A stretch of 64,000 bases of DNA from Planctomycetota bacterium (GCA_040755855.1 JBFMAD010000018.1:17777-81776); one strand, 5' to 3'. Shown: positions 38,278 to 49,125, numbered from the stretch's first letter. The notes: generated from the letters alone by a model not told the origin. Translations and numbers: made by a program.

Positions 38278-40242
38278 ATGGCAAAGACCACAGAGCCCAT
38301 CATCGGCATAGACCTCGGCACGACGAACTCCGTCGTGGCTATCATGGAAGGCGACCAGCCGACCGTGATCATCAACGCCGAGGGCAGCCGCCTGACGCCC
38401 TCCGTCGTCGCTTTCACCGACGCCGACCGCCTCGTCGGCCAGATGGCCAAGCGACAGGCCGTCACCAATCCGCGTAACACAGTCTTCTCCATCAAGCGCT
38501 TCATGGGCCGGCGACACAGGGAAGTCAAGACCGAGGAGAAGATGGTCCCCTACCATATCGTCGGGGCGCCCGATGAGCCGGTGAAGGTGCGGATTGACAA
38601 GGAAAACAAGGAATACACCCCCCCCGAAATCTCCGCCATGATCCTGCAGAAGCTCAAGCAAACGGCCGAGGACTACCTCGGCAAGCCCATCACCAAGGCC
38701 GTCATCACCGTCCCTGCCTACTTCAACGACAGCCAGCGCCAGGCCACCAAGGACGCCGGCCAGATCGCCGGCCTCGAGGTGGCGCGCATTATCAACGAAC
38801 CCACCGCCGCAGCCCTGGCCTACGGCCTGGAGAGGAAGAAGGACGAAAAGATCGCCGTCTTCGACCTCGGCGGCGGCACGTTCGACATCAGCATCCTCGA
38901 GGTAGGCGACGGCGTCTTCGAGGTGAAGTCCACCAACGGCGACACCCATCTCGGCGGCGACGATTTCGACGACGTCCTCATCAACTACATCGCCGACGAG
39001 TTCAAGAGGGAGCAGGGCATTGACCTCCGCGAGGACCAGATGGCCCTCCAGCGCCTCAAGGAGGCCTCCGAGAAGGCCAAGTGCGAACTCTCCACCTCGA
39101 CGCATACCGACATCAACCTCCCCTTCATCACCGCCGACCAGACCGGCCCCAAGCACCTGACCCTGGGTCTGACCCGCGCGAAGCTCGAGCAGCTTACGGA
39201 ACACCTGGTCCAGCGCTGCGTCGGCCCGTGCCAGATGGCCCTCCGCGACTCCAAGCTCAAGCCGGCCGAGATTGACGAGGTCATCCTCGTAGGCGGCTCT
39301 ACCCGCATGCCCGCCGTGCAGACGCTCGTGAGGGAAATCTTCGCTAAAGAACCCCACAAGGGCGTCAACCCCGACGAGGTTGTCGCCGTCGGCGCGGCCA
39401 TCCAGGGCGGCGTCCTCTCCGGCGAGGTGGACGACGTCCTCCTCCTCGATGTGACGCCCCTCTCCTTGGGCATCGAAACGCTCGGCGGCGTCTGCACAAA
39501 ACTGATCGAGCGCAACACCACCATCCCCGTCCAGAAGAAAGAGATCTTCTCCACCGCCACCGACAACCAGAGGGCCGTCGAGGTCCACGTCCTCCAGGGC
39601 GAACGCGAGATGGCCATTGACAACCGAACGCTGGGCAAGTTCCAGCTCGTCGGCATCCCGCCGGCGCCGCGCGGCATCCCTCAGGTCGAGGTGACCTTCG
39701 ACATTGACGCCAATGGCATCCTCAACGTCTCCGCCAAAGACCTCGGCACGGGCAAGGAGCAATCCATCCGCATCGAATCCTCCTCCGGCCTCTCCAAGGG
39801 GGAGGTCGAACGGATGGAGAGAGAGGCCGCTGAGCACGCCGATGAGGACAAACGGAAACGCGAGGTGGCCGACACCCGCAACGTCGCCGATCAACTGGCC
39901 TACAGCGTGGAGCGGACCCTCAAGGAGCACGGCGACAAGATCGGCGCCGCCGACAAGAAAGATATCCAGGACGCCGTGGCGAAGCTGAACTCCATTAAGA
40001 ACTCCGACGACGTGGCTGCCATCCGCACCGCCATCCAGGAGGTGGAGAACGTCTCGCACAAGCTGGCCGAGCACATGTACCAGGCCGCCGGCGAGCAGTG
40101 CGCTGCATCGCCCGGAGGCGCAGCACCGGGCGCCGAGACCGCCGGGCCCGCGCAGAAAGAAGGCGACGACGGCGTCATTGACGCCGACTACACCGTCGTG
40201 GACGAAGATAAGAAGGACGACAAGAACGAACGCAGCAAATAG
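38278..40242 (+). CDS. dnaK: Chaperone DnaK (Hsp70)
   Basis: [37 protein letters not shown]. Confidence 0.98.
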   Translation: MAKTTEPIIGIDLGTTNSVVAIMEGDQPTVIINAEGSRLTPSVVAFTDADRLVGQMAKRQAVTNPRNTVFSIKRFMGRRHREVKTEEKMVPYHIVGAPDEPVKVRIDKENKEYTPPEISAMILQKLKQTAEDYLGKPITKAVITVPAYFNDSQRQATKDAGQIAGLEVARIINEPTAAALAYGLERKKDEKIAVFDLGGGTFDISILEVGDGVFEVKSTNGDTHLGGDDFDDVLINYIADEFKREQGIDLREDQMALQRLKEASEKAKCELSTSTHTDINLPFITADQTGPKHLTLGLTRAKLEQLTEHLVQRCVGPCQMALRDSKLKPAEIDEVILVGGSTRMPAVQTLVREIFAKEPHKGVNPDEVVAVGAAIQGGVLSGEVDDVLLLDVTPLSLGIETLGGVCTKLIERNTTIPVQKKEIFSTATDNQRAVEVHVLQGEREMAIDNRTLGKFQLVGIPPAPRGIPQVEVTFDIDANGILNVSAKDLGTGKEQSIRIESSSGLSKGEVERMEREAAEHADEDKRKREVADTRNVADQLAYSVERTLKEHGDKIGAADKKDIQDAVAKLNSIKNSDDVAAIRTAIQEVENVSHKLAEHMYQAAGEQCAASPGGAAPGAETAGPAQKEGDDGVIDADYTVVDEDKKDDKNERSK

Positions 40243-40975
40243 CCACGGACCCCACCGGGCATACGTCCCCGAGCTGGCCCAGTCCGGCGAGATGGAGATC
40301 ACCGGCGACGAAGCCCACCACATCACCCGGGTGAAGCGCCTCGGCGTAGGCGACCGCATCGTGGTCTTCGATGGCTCCGGGCGCGAGGCCGAGGCCGCCA
40401 TCGTCGAAGTCGCCGCCGATCAAGTCGTCGTCCGCGTCGAGCAGCCCCACGAGGCCGACCGCGAGGCCGGCGTCGCCATCACCCTCGCCTGCGCCATCCC
40501 CAAGGGGAAGCGGGCCGAGTTCATGATCCAGAAGTGCGCCGAGCTGGGCGTCCACACCTTCATCCCCATCGAGTGCTACCGAAGCGTCGTGAACATCCAC
40601 ACGCGCACCGACACGAAACTGGCCAAGTGGGAGCGCATCTGCGCCGAGGCGTCGAAGCAATCCGGCCGCAACCGGGTCATGCAGGTTCGGCCCCCCCACG
40701 AGTTGGCCGACGTCCTCCGTCTCGTCCCCAAGCACCGCCTGTCCCTCATCGCCACGCCGTGGGAGGACGCTGCGCCGCTACGGAGCGTTCTTGACGCCGC
40801 GGGCGCCGTCGGCTCCGTCCTCTACCTGGTCGGTCCGGAGGGCGGCTTCACGCGCACCGAAATCGCGGAGGCCACCCGGGCCGGCTGCAAGGCCGTATCG
40901 CTCGGCGCCTCCGTCCTCCGCACGGAGACGGCAGCCGTGGCGGGGGTGGCCATGCTCATCTACGCCGCATCATAG
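40178..40975 (+). CDS. rsmE: 16S rRNA m3U1498 methyltransferase RsmE (start uncertain)
   Basis: [37 protein letters not shown]. Confidence 0.93.
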   Translation: MTPTTPSWTKIRRTTRTNAANSHGPHRAYVPELAQSGEMEITGDEAHHITRVKRLGVGDRIVVFDGSGREAEAAIVEVAADQVVVRVEQPHEADREAGVAITLACAIPKGKRAEFMIQKCAELGVHTFIPIECYRSVVNIHTRTDTKLAKWERICAEASKQSGRNRVMQVRPPHELADVLRLVPKHRLSLIATPWEDAAPLRSVLDAAGAVGSVLYLVGPEGGFTRTEIAEATRAGCKAVSLGASVLRTETAAVAGVAMLIYAAS

Positions 40976-41159
40976 GGCGGTTTCCATGTCATACCTTGCC
41001 CTATAACTCCCTGTTCCATAAATCCTTTTGCCTTGGATGCCGACGAGTTATCCCAATCGCCTCCCCGTTTTTCGCAGATGTGTAAGATTGGCGTTTAAAG
41101 GCCGAATTCGGCCTCAAAACGGCCATTTCGCCCATGTTCACTTTTTCGACACCCACACG

Positions 41160-41179
41160 TTATCCACAGAAATTCCACA
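41160..41179 (+). promoter_or_regulatory. DnaA box plus adjacent degenerate box
   Basis: Perfect TTATCCACA at 41160-41168 then AATTCCACA at 41171-41179, in a ~450-bp lower-GC intergenic region. Confidence 0.45.
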
Positions 41180-41422
41180 AAGAAGATTGAAGATTGTAGC
41201 ACAGTGCCCTATCGTGCTATACTCGCGCCGGTAGGTTGAGACAGGCAAGGGAATTGAAGACGAAAACGAAAACGACACAAATCCAAGTAGCCTTACTGTT
41301 TCTCGCGATCTGGTCGGTGAGCAGTGTTCAAGCCGCCGAGGTCGAGCACGCCATGCGCGACCGCCTCCTCGCCTGGCTGTCGGCGGCCTACGCGCATCCG
41401 AACTCGTCACGGTAAACTGAAT

Positions 41423-42388
41423 ATGTTAGAAAATACCAACAGGCAAGATGGCTCGGAGAAGCCAAGGATCAAGCGTAAGGGATGCTTGATCGGCTGTCTG
41501 ATCTCGTTGGTAGTATTCGCATGGTTTGTGGCTGTGTACGTTTGGCCATTCCTGCTGATGGTGCGCGCAGAGATGTTCGTTGAGGCAGCCAGCAGGGGAG
41601 ACTATAGGAAGATGGGGCTACTGCTCTGGCTTGGCGTGAATGTGAACGGACAGAGCTTCCGGTATGGTGGTACCGCACTGCACGTGGCCGCAGACGACGG
41701 TGACGCCAAGATGGTAGGATTCCTCATCAAGAAGGGGGCCCGGGTGAATGCCATCGGAGGTAAGGGATTCCCATGGACCCCCTTGGAGATAGCGGTTCGA
41801 AGGGGGCATGTAAAGGTGGCCGCACTTCTCGTGGCAAATGGAGCAGCGAATCCGCAGGTCATATTTGTGCACAAGCGACACCTGCTTGATCGGGACGGTC
41901 AGAGTGAGAACCAATGGCCGGTGCGGGGCCCGGTGCGAGAGGATGTCTACAGGCTCGCCGAGATTGCGCGGGAGAATATCAATGTGCGAAGTGATGCAGG
42001 ACGGACCGTGTTGCACGCGGCGGCTACAGAAGGTTGTGAAGACTGCGTCGAGTTGCTGACGAAATCCGGAGCCGATGTTGATGCAAAAGACAGCTATGGC
42101 TGGACGCCGCTGCATCTGGCGGCGATAGATGGCCACAATGCAATAGTCGCGTTTCTCATTGCAGAAGGGGCAGATGTCAACGCCAAGGCCGCCGAAGCCG
42201 AAACGCCGTTACATATGGCTGGAAGCAGCGCCGTGGCGGCGGTCCTTATCGGTAATGGCGCGGAGATCAACCCCAAGGACAAGAGCGGAAGGACACCGCT
42301 GGGCATGGCGCAAGAAAAGGACCGAAAGGCAATAGCCACACTCCTCCGCAAGCACGGCGCGAAGACGGGGAAGGAACTCACGGACTGA
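41423..42388 (+). CDS. Membrane-anchored ankyrin repeat protein
   Basis: One TM helix, then GGTALHVA, WTPLEIA, GRTVLHAA, GWTPLHLA, ETPLHMA, GRTPLGMA. Confidence 0.92.
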   Translation: MLENTNRQDGSEKPRIKRKGCLIGCLISLVVFAWFVAVYVWPFLLMVRAEMFVEAASRGDYRKMGLLLWLGVNVNGQSFRYGGTALHVAADDGDAKMVGFLIKKGARVNAIGGKGFPWTPLEIAVRRGHVKVAALLVANGAANPQVIFVHKRHLLDRDGQSENQWPVRGPVREDVYRLAEIARENINVRSDAGRTVLHAAATEGCEDCVELLTKSGADVDAKDSYGWTPLHLAAIDGHNAIVAFLIAEGADVNAKAAEAETPLHMAGSSAVAAVLIGNGAEINPKDKSGRTPLGMAQEKDRKAIATLLRKHGAKTGKELTD

Positions 42389-42420
42389 TTCTGGATTGCG
42401 GAGTGAACGGCAACATACCT

Positions 42421-42550
42421 CACGCAGAGGCGCAAGGATGCAGGGAAGGCCATGGATGAACACAGATGAATTCAGATGAATGATCTGTGTCCATCTGCGT
42501 CCATCTGTGGTTCCCGTTTCTTCGTGGCTTCCCGCTTCCGCGGGAATGAC
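42421..42550. repeat. Composite repeat patch (CGCAGAGG-type units, 10-bp ACACAGATGA/ATCTGTGTCC palindromic array, REP-like TTCCCGC-N4-GCGGGAATGAC)
   Basis: Seen directly between the convergent genes. Confidence 0.75.
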
Positions 42551-42567
42551 GATCGGTCGCTACCTGC

Positions 42568-45500
42568 CTACTCCCCCTTCACCTCCACCGGGCTGAAGTC
42601 CATGATCGCGCTGTCCACGCAATAGCCCACGTGGGTGATCGTCTTGAGCGTCTCCGGCAGGGGCGCCTCGACAGCAACGTCCCTTACGCTCAGTGTCACG
42701 GTCCGCTTCTCCAGATCAACCGCAATTTTAATCGTCTCGGCCCGCTCGCGGTTCAGTTCGATCTTCTCGCTCTTGGACTTACCGCCTTTCATCGGGCCTT
42801 GGATGATGGCCGCGCTCTTGGTGGAGAATCGAAGGCCGCACTTGACCAACTGCTCGTCCTTCGGGCCGTCGCCGAAGGCCACGTAGCCGTTGATGAGAAG
42901 CCCGCCCTCAAAGGGGCAGAGTTTGGCCTTCATCTGCGCCTTCTTTGTCATCGGTTTGTCCAACGTCTTCACGGCGATCCCGATCGTCTTCTTGCCGTCG
43001 GCGCGGACGCGATAGCCGAGGTCGGACTCGAACACCTTGCACCCGTTGACTTGGGCGAAGTCCCGGTCCTTCGGCTCGGGCAGGGGCGCCAGGTAGCCGG
43101 CGTCCTCCGGCTCATCGGCCATGACCTTCAGGGGGTCGGACTCGGAGCTGGCCAGGGCCTGCCCCTCCGCTCCGCCGAGGCACAGCACCCGCCCGTCCGT
43201 GGTTGCGATGAATAGGCAGCCGTTGGCGGCGGCCATGCCGTCAAAGACGGGGAGCGTGTCGAGCTTATACCGGGCGATGGGCTTGCCGTCCGCGGCCGAG
43301 ACCGCCCAGAGCCGCCCGCCGAGTTTGCCCTGCCAGGCGGCGTCCTGCTCCTCCAGCTTCTTGATGGTCTCCTCATCGTCGGGCAGGCGGAAGGACCGCC
43401 GCTCGTCCATCACATCCGGCGGCCCGGCCGCGAACAATGTCTTGTCCGCCAGGGCCATAGCCATGACGTGGATGGAGGGGTGGTCGTCGGTCCAGTGGTA
43501 CCGGGCGGCGGTCAGGCCCTCGTCGGGGGAGAACTTCCTCAGCTTCCAGTCCGAACTATCGGGGTTTCTCTTCTTCGAGCGCAGGTTCATCTGGCCCCTG
43601 ACCTCGGTCATCTTCTTGATGGCCTCTTCCGTCACCTGTTTGTCGGCGGCATAGAGTCGGTACTCGTACACGGAGGAGTTGGTGTAGTACTCGGGTTTCC
43701 GCCCGTAGCCGTAGACGCGGGAATCGTCGAAGGCCATGATCCGTCCCGCAGGCACGAGGCGCGCCGCCTGGAACCACCCTCCGTAGCCGCCGCTCACCGC
43801 CCGGCCGTAGAGCCAGAAGGAGCGGTGGAACCAGTCGCTGTCGAGGAACCCGATCTCGCAGAAGAGGTGCGTCCCCTCGCCGATCTGCTCGTTCCCGGGG
43901 ATCTGCGCGATGTGCCGCCGCTTGCCCTCCATGTCGAACTGCTGCGAGCGCATGTAGATGGACTTCCCATCGCTGGACAGGACGTCGGGCAGTGAGACGG
44001 GCATGTTCAGGCTCTTGATGTGGCTCTGCATATCCTTCCCGGTTTCGGGATCAATGCTGTCCAGGATGGTTTCGGAGAGTTTCTTGCCCGTCTTGGCGTC
44101 GAGGCGGATCAGCCTCATGCCGTCGTCCAGGAAGACCGACCGCCCGGCCACGAAGGAGACGACATCGCCCTGCACCAGCACGCTGCCGCTCACGGGCCAG
44201 ACCGACTCGACCTGCTCGTAGGCCATCATCCGGCGATCCACCGGCGCGGCGCGGAAGCGCCAGGCCGGCGCGCCATCGGAGGCGCGGAGGCAATAGACGT
44301 AGCCGTCGGCCGAACCGAAGAGAACGCGGCCCTCATGGATCGTCGGCGGGGAGTCCACGCGACCGCCGGCGGTGTAGCTCCATACCTTCGAGCCGGTCTT
44401 GGCGTCCAGGGCGTGAACCGTGTGCGTGTCTATCGCGGCCACAAAGACCCTTCCGTCGGCGACGGTGAGGGCGCTGAGCCGGCCGCCCAGGTCCGCCGCC
44501 CAGGTCTGCTTCAGATCGCTGGGGACGGCGGTCTTGCACCAGCCGCTGCGGGAGGGATCGCTGCGGTAGGTGGGCCAATCCGCAGAATTTTGGATTTTGG
44601 ATTGCTGATTTTGGATTGAATCAAAGGCCGGGCCGCGTTCGAGCCGACCGTCATCCGGGACGTCCTTGGGGACCTTGAAGGTGGTGGATTCGGGGTTGAG
44701 GGCGTTGAAGCCGCAGAGCTTGCCCTCCAAGTAGCACCCGCAGGAGTGCGGCGGGGCATAGACCATCCCGTTGCACGGCATGACACCGTAGAGGCAGCCG
44801 CCCCGGACCCAATGGTTCACGATCCAGTGCTTCTTCGCGGGGTCAATGAACTCGATGCCGGTGCGAGAGCAGAGGATGTAGTTGTCGGTGGCCTTGGAGC
44901 GATAGCACCGATGGTGGAACCAGTAGATATCAATGTCCGGCTCGAACTCGTTCTTCACCTCGCCGGTATGGAGGTCACGGCCGGTGAAGACGCCCGAATC
45001 CTCCCCGTTTGCGATCTGCCCCGACCAGGCCAGGTCGCCCACCACCAGCAGGTCCTCGGGCGACGCATGGCCGCCGCGATGGTGTTTATCTGTCCAGAGA
45101 ATTTTGCCATCCTTCAAAGACAGGGCCGACATCTTCCGGTCGCCCCCGGCGAAGAGGGCGAGGTCCTTGTGGACCAGCAGCGTCGGGCCGAAGGCGACGG
45201 ACATGGGTGTCCGCCGCGCGACGGGTTCGGACTTCCACATCTCCTCGCCGTTGGTTCGGTTCAGGCAGACGATCTTCTCGCCGTCGTGGAAAAGGACATG
45301 CTCCTTGTCGGCGGTCAGTGTCATATGGACGATGGGACATTCCTTCTTCCAGAGGGTCTTGCCGCTTTCCGCCTCGATGGCCAGGAGCGTCCGGTTTTTC
45401 TCATCCCACGCCCAGTTCTTGTTTGCGTTGTTTGTGTTGTCCCACACGTAGGGGAAATTCTGCCGGAATTTGAGCCACTTCATCGGCGCGGCGCTCACCT

Positions 45501-46464
45501 GCGCGAAGACCACGCCGTCGGAGACGATCAGCTCTTCCGTGTTCTGCGTTCCTTCATAGGCGCGGACGGTCTCGCCCGTGGCGGCGTCCAGCACGGACAC
45601 CGGCGCGTCCAGCCCGAGCGTGACATACACCCTATCGCCGACGGCCACGAGCCGCCGGGGGAGCTGCGCCGGGCCGCTCTTGAGGGCCCAGCGATGGGTA
45701 TTCCACAGCGGGATCGTCCGTTTCCAGAGGATCACTCCGTTGAAGGCGTCACGGGCGATGAGGAACCACTTCGCCGGCAATTGGATAGACGGCCTCGATC
45801 CCTCGTCCATGATGTAGAAGATGCGTCCGTTCGTCGCGACGAGGGCGCTCATGCTGGCCATGTGATCGTGGTGGCGCGACCAGCGCGGGCTGCCGACCCA
45901 CTGAAACCGCCGCGGCGGGCCGACGACCTGGTCGGGCGCCACGGCGTTGTTCTTGGCGTCGTAGAGGTAGTGCGTCCACTCGGCGATGTTCGCGGGGCGG
46001 GGCTTGACCAATTTTAGATTTTGGATTTCGGATTTTGGATTGACAAGAAGGGCCACGCCGTTTGGAGCGAGGACGCGCATGATCTCCTCACTTTCCACTC
46101 TCCACTCTCCACTTGCCACGACGAGGTTTGCGAAGTTGTCAATGTAGGGCAGGCACTTGCCGTCCCAGGAATCCACGGACACCGGCCCGTATAGGCCGAG
46201 GGATTGGATGTGTTTGCGCGCGGCCTCGACATTCTTTGCGTCCGCGTCCAACCCATGAACCATGTATCGGTCATTCACCCGAAGTGCGGCAGTGAGCTTC
46301 CCATCGCCGCAGCCGAGGTGGACGATCAATCCGCCCTTGACGCCGCCGGCCTCCAGAATATGCGCCGCATCTTGCGCGAGGGACGCCTGGAGGACGCTCA
46401 GCGTAAGCCATGCGAACAGACCAATACACACCACGAGCCTTAACTGTTTTCTCTCCACCGTCAT
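42568..46464 (-). CDS. Large secreted protein with a methyltransferase-like domain and PQQ-binding-like (BamB-type) beta-propeller repeats
   Basis: Signal peptide, VHLGCGDG, DAFNG..LW, HHRCY, WPTYRSD, DSPPT, ESVWP. Confidence 0.85.
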   Translation of the reverse strand: MTVERKQLRLVVCIGLFAWLTLSVLQASLAQDAAHILEAGGVKGGLIVHLGCGDGKLTAALRVNDRYMVHGLDADAKNVEAARKHIQSLGLYGPVSVDSWDGKCLPYIDNFANLVVASGEWRVESEEIMRVLAPNGVALLVNPKSEIQNLKLVKPRPANIAEWTHYLYDAKNNAVAPDQVVGPPRRFQWVGSPRWSRHHDHMASMSALVATNGRIFYIMDEGSRPSIQLPAKWFLIARDAFNGVILWKRTIPLWNTHRWALKSGPAQLPRRLVAVGDRVYVTLGLDAPVSVLDAATGETVRAYEGTQNTEELIVSDGVVFAQVSAAPMKWLKFRQNFPYVWDNTNNANKNWAWDEKNRTLLAIEAESGKTLWKKECPIVHMTLTADKEHVLFHDGEKIVCLNRTNGEEMWKSEPVARRTPMSVAFGPTLLVHKDLALFAGGDRKMSALSLKDGKILWTDKHHRGGHASPEDLLVVGDLAWSGQIANGEDSGVFTGRDLHTGEVKNEFEPDIDIYWFHHRCYRSKATDNYILCSRTGIEFIDPAKKHWIVNHWVRGGCLYGVMPCNGMVYAPPHSCGCYLEGKLCGFNALNPESTTFKVPKDVPDDGRLERGPAFDSIQNQQSKIQNSADWPTYRSDPSRSGWCKTAVPSDLKQTWAADLGGRLSALTVADGRVFVAAIDTHTVHALDAKTGSKVWSYTAGGRVDSPPTIHEGRVLFGSADGYVYCLRASDGAPAWRFRAAPVDRRMMAYEQVESVWPVSGSVLVQGDVVSFVAGRSVFLDDGMRLIRLDAKTGKKLSETILDSIDPETGKDMQSHIKSLNMPVSLPDVLSSDGKSIYMRSQQFDMEGKRRHIAQIPGNEQIGEGTHLFCEIGFLDSDWFHRSFWLYGRAVSGGYGGWFQAARLVPAGRIMAFDDSRVYGYGRKPEYYTNSSVYEYRLYAADKQVTEEAIKKMTEVRGQMNLRSKKRNPDSSDWKLRKFSPDEGLTAARYHWTDDHPSIHVMAMALADKTLFAAGPPDVMDERRSFRLPDDEETIKKLEEQDAAWQGKLGGRLWAVSAADGKPIARYKLDTLPVFDGMAAANGCLFIATTDGRVLCLGGAEGQALASSESDPLKVMADEPEDAGYLAPLPEPKDRDFAQVNGCKVFESDLGYRVRADGKKTIGIAVKTLDKPMTKKAQMKAKLCPFEGGLLINGYVAFGDGPKDEQLVKCGLRFSTKSAAIIQGPMKGGKSKSEKIELNRERAETIKIAVDLEKRTVTLSVRDVAVEAPLPETLKTITHVGYCVDSAIMDFSPVEVKGE

Positions 46465-46527
46465 CTTCCTTTCCTCTCCATTCCTATTCTCTGCTGCGTT
46501 TAGTATACGTCATGTCGTGGAACAAGA

Positions 46528-49095
46528 TCAATCCGTTGCGAGGAACAGCGCATCGCGCGGGCCTAATGTCAGCGAGTCACCCACGGGCTGCCCGTTGTTC
46601 GCCGCCGGGTCCTGCTTGGATGATCCCTTCAGCCGGCGGAGTTTCTTTCCCGGGGAAAGGTCCTTCATGTTGAATTTGTAGTCCTGGTCCGACGGATTTG
46701 CGATAACAACGCCTTTTTCGAATTCACGAACCATCGCATCGGTATGGGCATGGGCCGTCAGGTTTGAGATGAGCACCGGCTCCACGCCCTCGATGGTGAA
46801 CCGAAGTTCCACCGCGTCGCAGTCCATATTGCGGAAGAGGAAGCCCACATCGTTCCCACCCTTCCCGGCCCAGGCCATGTAGCGCATGGGCTTGAACTTC
46901 TTCCTCGCCTCCGCATCGCCGAAGCCGACCGCCGCCCAGCAGCCGTGGTCGGCGGTGGCGTTATCTTGCGGGCCGCAGTCGGCGGTGAACCGGAGCGTGA
47001 CGCACTTCCCCTGCCAGGCGCTCAGGTCCACGCTGTGCTCCTTCCAGGCGAACTCCGTGTGGTGGGTCGAGAACACTTCCTTCGACTCGTCGCCCCCGCG
47101 CACGACAACCTTGAACACGATCCCGTCGCTCTTCGACGGCGCAGCGCGCAGGCCCGTGGCGAACCGGAGCGTCGGCTTCTTGCTCGGCACAACCACGTCC
47201 GCCTCCCAGAACACGGACCCGACCGCCCCGCCCTGGTACGGCGGATGGATGAAATACCCATCGCGTTCATCGCCATTGATCTCTATCCCTCTTAGGGGCC
47301 CGACCGAGGCCCGCGTCGCCGGGTCAATCTCGGTCGCCTCCTTGCCGCGTAGAATCATCCCGGTCCGCGCCGACTGCTGGCCCATCACCTGGCTCTCGCT
47401 CCGGGCCTCGACCCAGAGGAGGCGCGGGATAGCATCAGGGTAGCCCGCCATCGCGTCGGCTTTGATCCGGAAGTGGACGAAGAGGTCGCCCTCGATGGCC
47501 GACAGCCCGACCATGCGCCACCGCATCGTGCGCTTTTCCGCATCCCCCCCGGCGATGCGGATGGCATTGTCGGCCACGGAGAACTTGGTTGCCTCGTTGT
47601 CCGAGGACCACTGCTTGATGAACTCGTCCGTCGGCCTCGCGCCGCAGCCATGCAGCAGGTCCGGGGCCTTCAGTGCAAGCCGCACCGGCGGGCCGATGGG
47701 CATGCCGAGCCAGTTCAGCTCGTGCTCCGTGCCCTTGCGAAGCTCGTCATAGATGCCGATCTTCTCCCCCGGCTCCTCGGGGCAACGGAGGGAGTAGGTG
47801 ATCATCGAGTCGCTGAACATGCACGCGGCGAAGACGAGGCGCGACAGGTGGAAAGGTGTCTCGACCGAACGCTCGCGTCCCTTCTCGCCAGGCACGCCCT
47901 CGACAAACTTGTGGTTCACGTAGTTGAAGACCGGCTTGCGGGCGTGGTCGCGCCAGTAGAAATGCCGGTTCAACCCACCCGACCAGTCGTCCACCTTGTG
48001 ATCCCCCAGCCAAGGCCAGCCCTCGCTCTCGATGCCGTTCAACAAACCGAACGACCGCTGGCAACCCGCCCCGCCGCCGTCGGCCTGGATGATGAAGTCA
48101 TCGCCCATCCGCTCGCGCAACTTCCGGCAGAATTCAAACACACCGATTCCATAGACGTTCACCCCCTCGATGATCCCCCAGTCGGTCACGCCGTCGGCGT
48201 TCACGTCGGAGCCGTACCCCCCGGCTGGCGCATTCATGTGGCCGAAGTGGAGGACGTCGAACTCGAGGCCGTCTAACTTCTCCAACTCCCCGCCGGGACC
48301 GAAGCGCTTCGCAAGGTCCTCCACCAGCACGTCCGTGCACGTCCGGCCCTTCGCGTCCTTTGGGCACGTGGTCGAGAAATTGTGGAACCAGAGGAGGTTC
48401 GATTTCCTGCCCCACGGCCCCTCGGTCATGTGCGGGGCGACGCACGTCTCGCCCGCTTTGAATGCGATGGGCTTTGTGCCGAAGGCCCCTCGCTTCACCT
48501 TGATCGTCTTGGCCTTGGCGTCCACATCAAGAAGCTCGACCTGTTCGGATATATGCCAGTTGCGCTTGCCGTCGGGTCCGACCTGGCAGATGCCGATGTC
48601 GTCGTTCTTGTCGCCGTAGCGACCCATGTTCATTCTGAAAATCTTTGGGTCTTCGACATGGACGATGGATTCGCCCTCCTCCGCGCGGAGGTCCTTCGTC
48701 AGCCCGCAGCCGGTGGCATAAATCCAATGGCCGGCGAAAAACTCGTCGCATTGGAAGCGCGGATCACGGGAGTTGCCGTTGAAGTGCAGGAGCACCACCT
48801 GGCTCGGGTGTATGGACTTGAACTTCGTGAAGTAGGTATGGCAGTTGGGCATCGTGCCAGGGACCTCCTCGTCGAGGGCCTTGCCCATGATCCCGTTCAG
48901 GCGGATGAAGGTCGCATCCCATTCGTCGTAGGGCGTCTTTCCGGTCCGCGCCATACCCTCGGTGTAGCGGAAGAAGAAGGCGCGGGGGTAGCCCTTGTTC
49001 AGGACGTCGAGCTTCGACAGACGCTCGCCCGCCCCCGCGATGGAGGAAACCGTCAGCAGGACGACAAACAGACGACGGCGCATGACGTGGGGCAT
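46528..49095 (-). CDS. Secreted hypothetical protein, putative glycoside-hydrolase-like with CBM-like insertion
   Basis: Signal peptide, SDGIVFKV...VDLSAWQGK beta-sandwich, C-terminal REFEKGVVIANP. Confidence 0.65.
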   Translation of the reverse strand: MPHVMRRRLFVVLLTVSSIAGAGERLSKLDVLNKGYPRAFFFRYTEGMARTGKTPYDEWDATFIRLNGIMGKALDEEVPGTMPNCHTYFTKFKSIHPSQVVLLHFNGNSRDPRFQCDEFFAGHWIYATGCGLTKDLRAEEGESIVHVEDPKIFRMNMGRYGDKNDDIGICQVGPDGKRNWHISEQVELLDVDAKAKTIKVKRGAFGTKPIAFKAGETCVAPHMTEGPWGRKSNLLWFHNFSTTCPKDAKGRTCTDVLVEDLAKRFGPGGELEKLDGLEFDVLHFGHMNAPAGGYGSDVNADGVTDWGIIEGVNVYGIGVFEFCRKLRERMGDDFIIQADGGGAGCQRSFGLLNGIESEGWPWLGDHKVDDWSGGLNRHFYWRDHARKPVFNYVNHKFVEGVPGEKGRERSVETPFHLSRLVFAACMFSDSMITYSLRCPEEPGEKIGIYDELRKGTEHELNWLGMPIGPPVRLALKAPDLLHGCGARPTDEFIKQWSSDNEATKFSVADNAIRIAGGDAEKRTMRWRMVGLSAIEGDLFVHFRIKADAMAGYPDAIPRLLWVEARSESQVMGQQSARTGMILRGKEATEIDPATRASVGPLRGIEINGDERDGYFIHPPYQGGAVGSVFWEADVVVPSKKPTLRFATGLRAAPSKSDGIVFKVVVRGGDESKEVFSTHHTEFAWKEHSVDLSAWQGKCVTLRFTADCGPQDNATADHGCWAAVGFGDAEARKKFKPMRYMAWAGKGGNDVGFLFRNMDCDAVELRFTIEGVEPVLISNLTAHAHTDAMVREFEKGVVIANPSDQDYKFNMKDLSPGKKLRRLKGSSKQDPAANNGQPVGDSLTLGPRDALFLATD

Positions 49096-49125
49096 AACCA
49101 ATCTCCTTTCATTCCACGGGGGCCG

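Noticed and set aside
38230-40401. 723-aa ORF antisense to dnaK
   Set aside because: Well-known shadow frame opposite hsp70 genes in GC-rich genomes. No independent motifs.
41197-41219. CIRCE-like palindrome TAGCAC-N11-GTGCTA
   Set aside because: The spacer is 2 nt shorter than CIRCE, lacks the TC/GA positions, and is not upstream of a chaperone gene.
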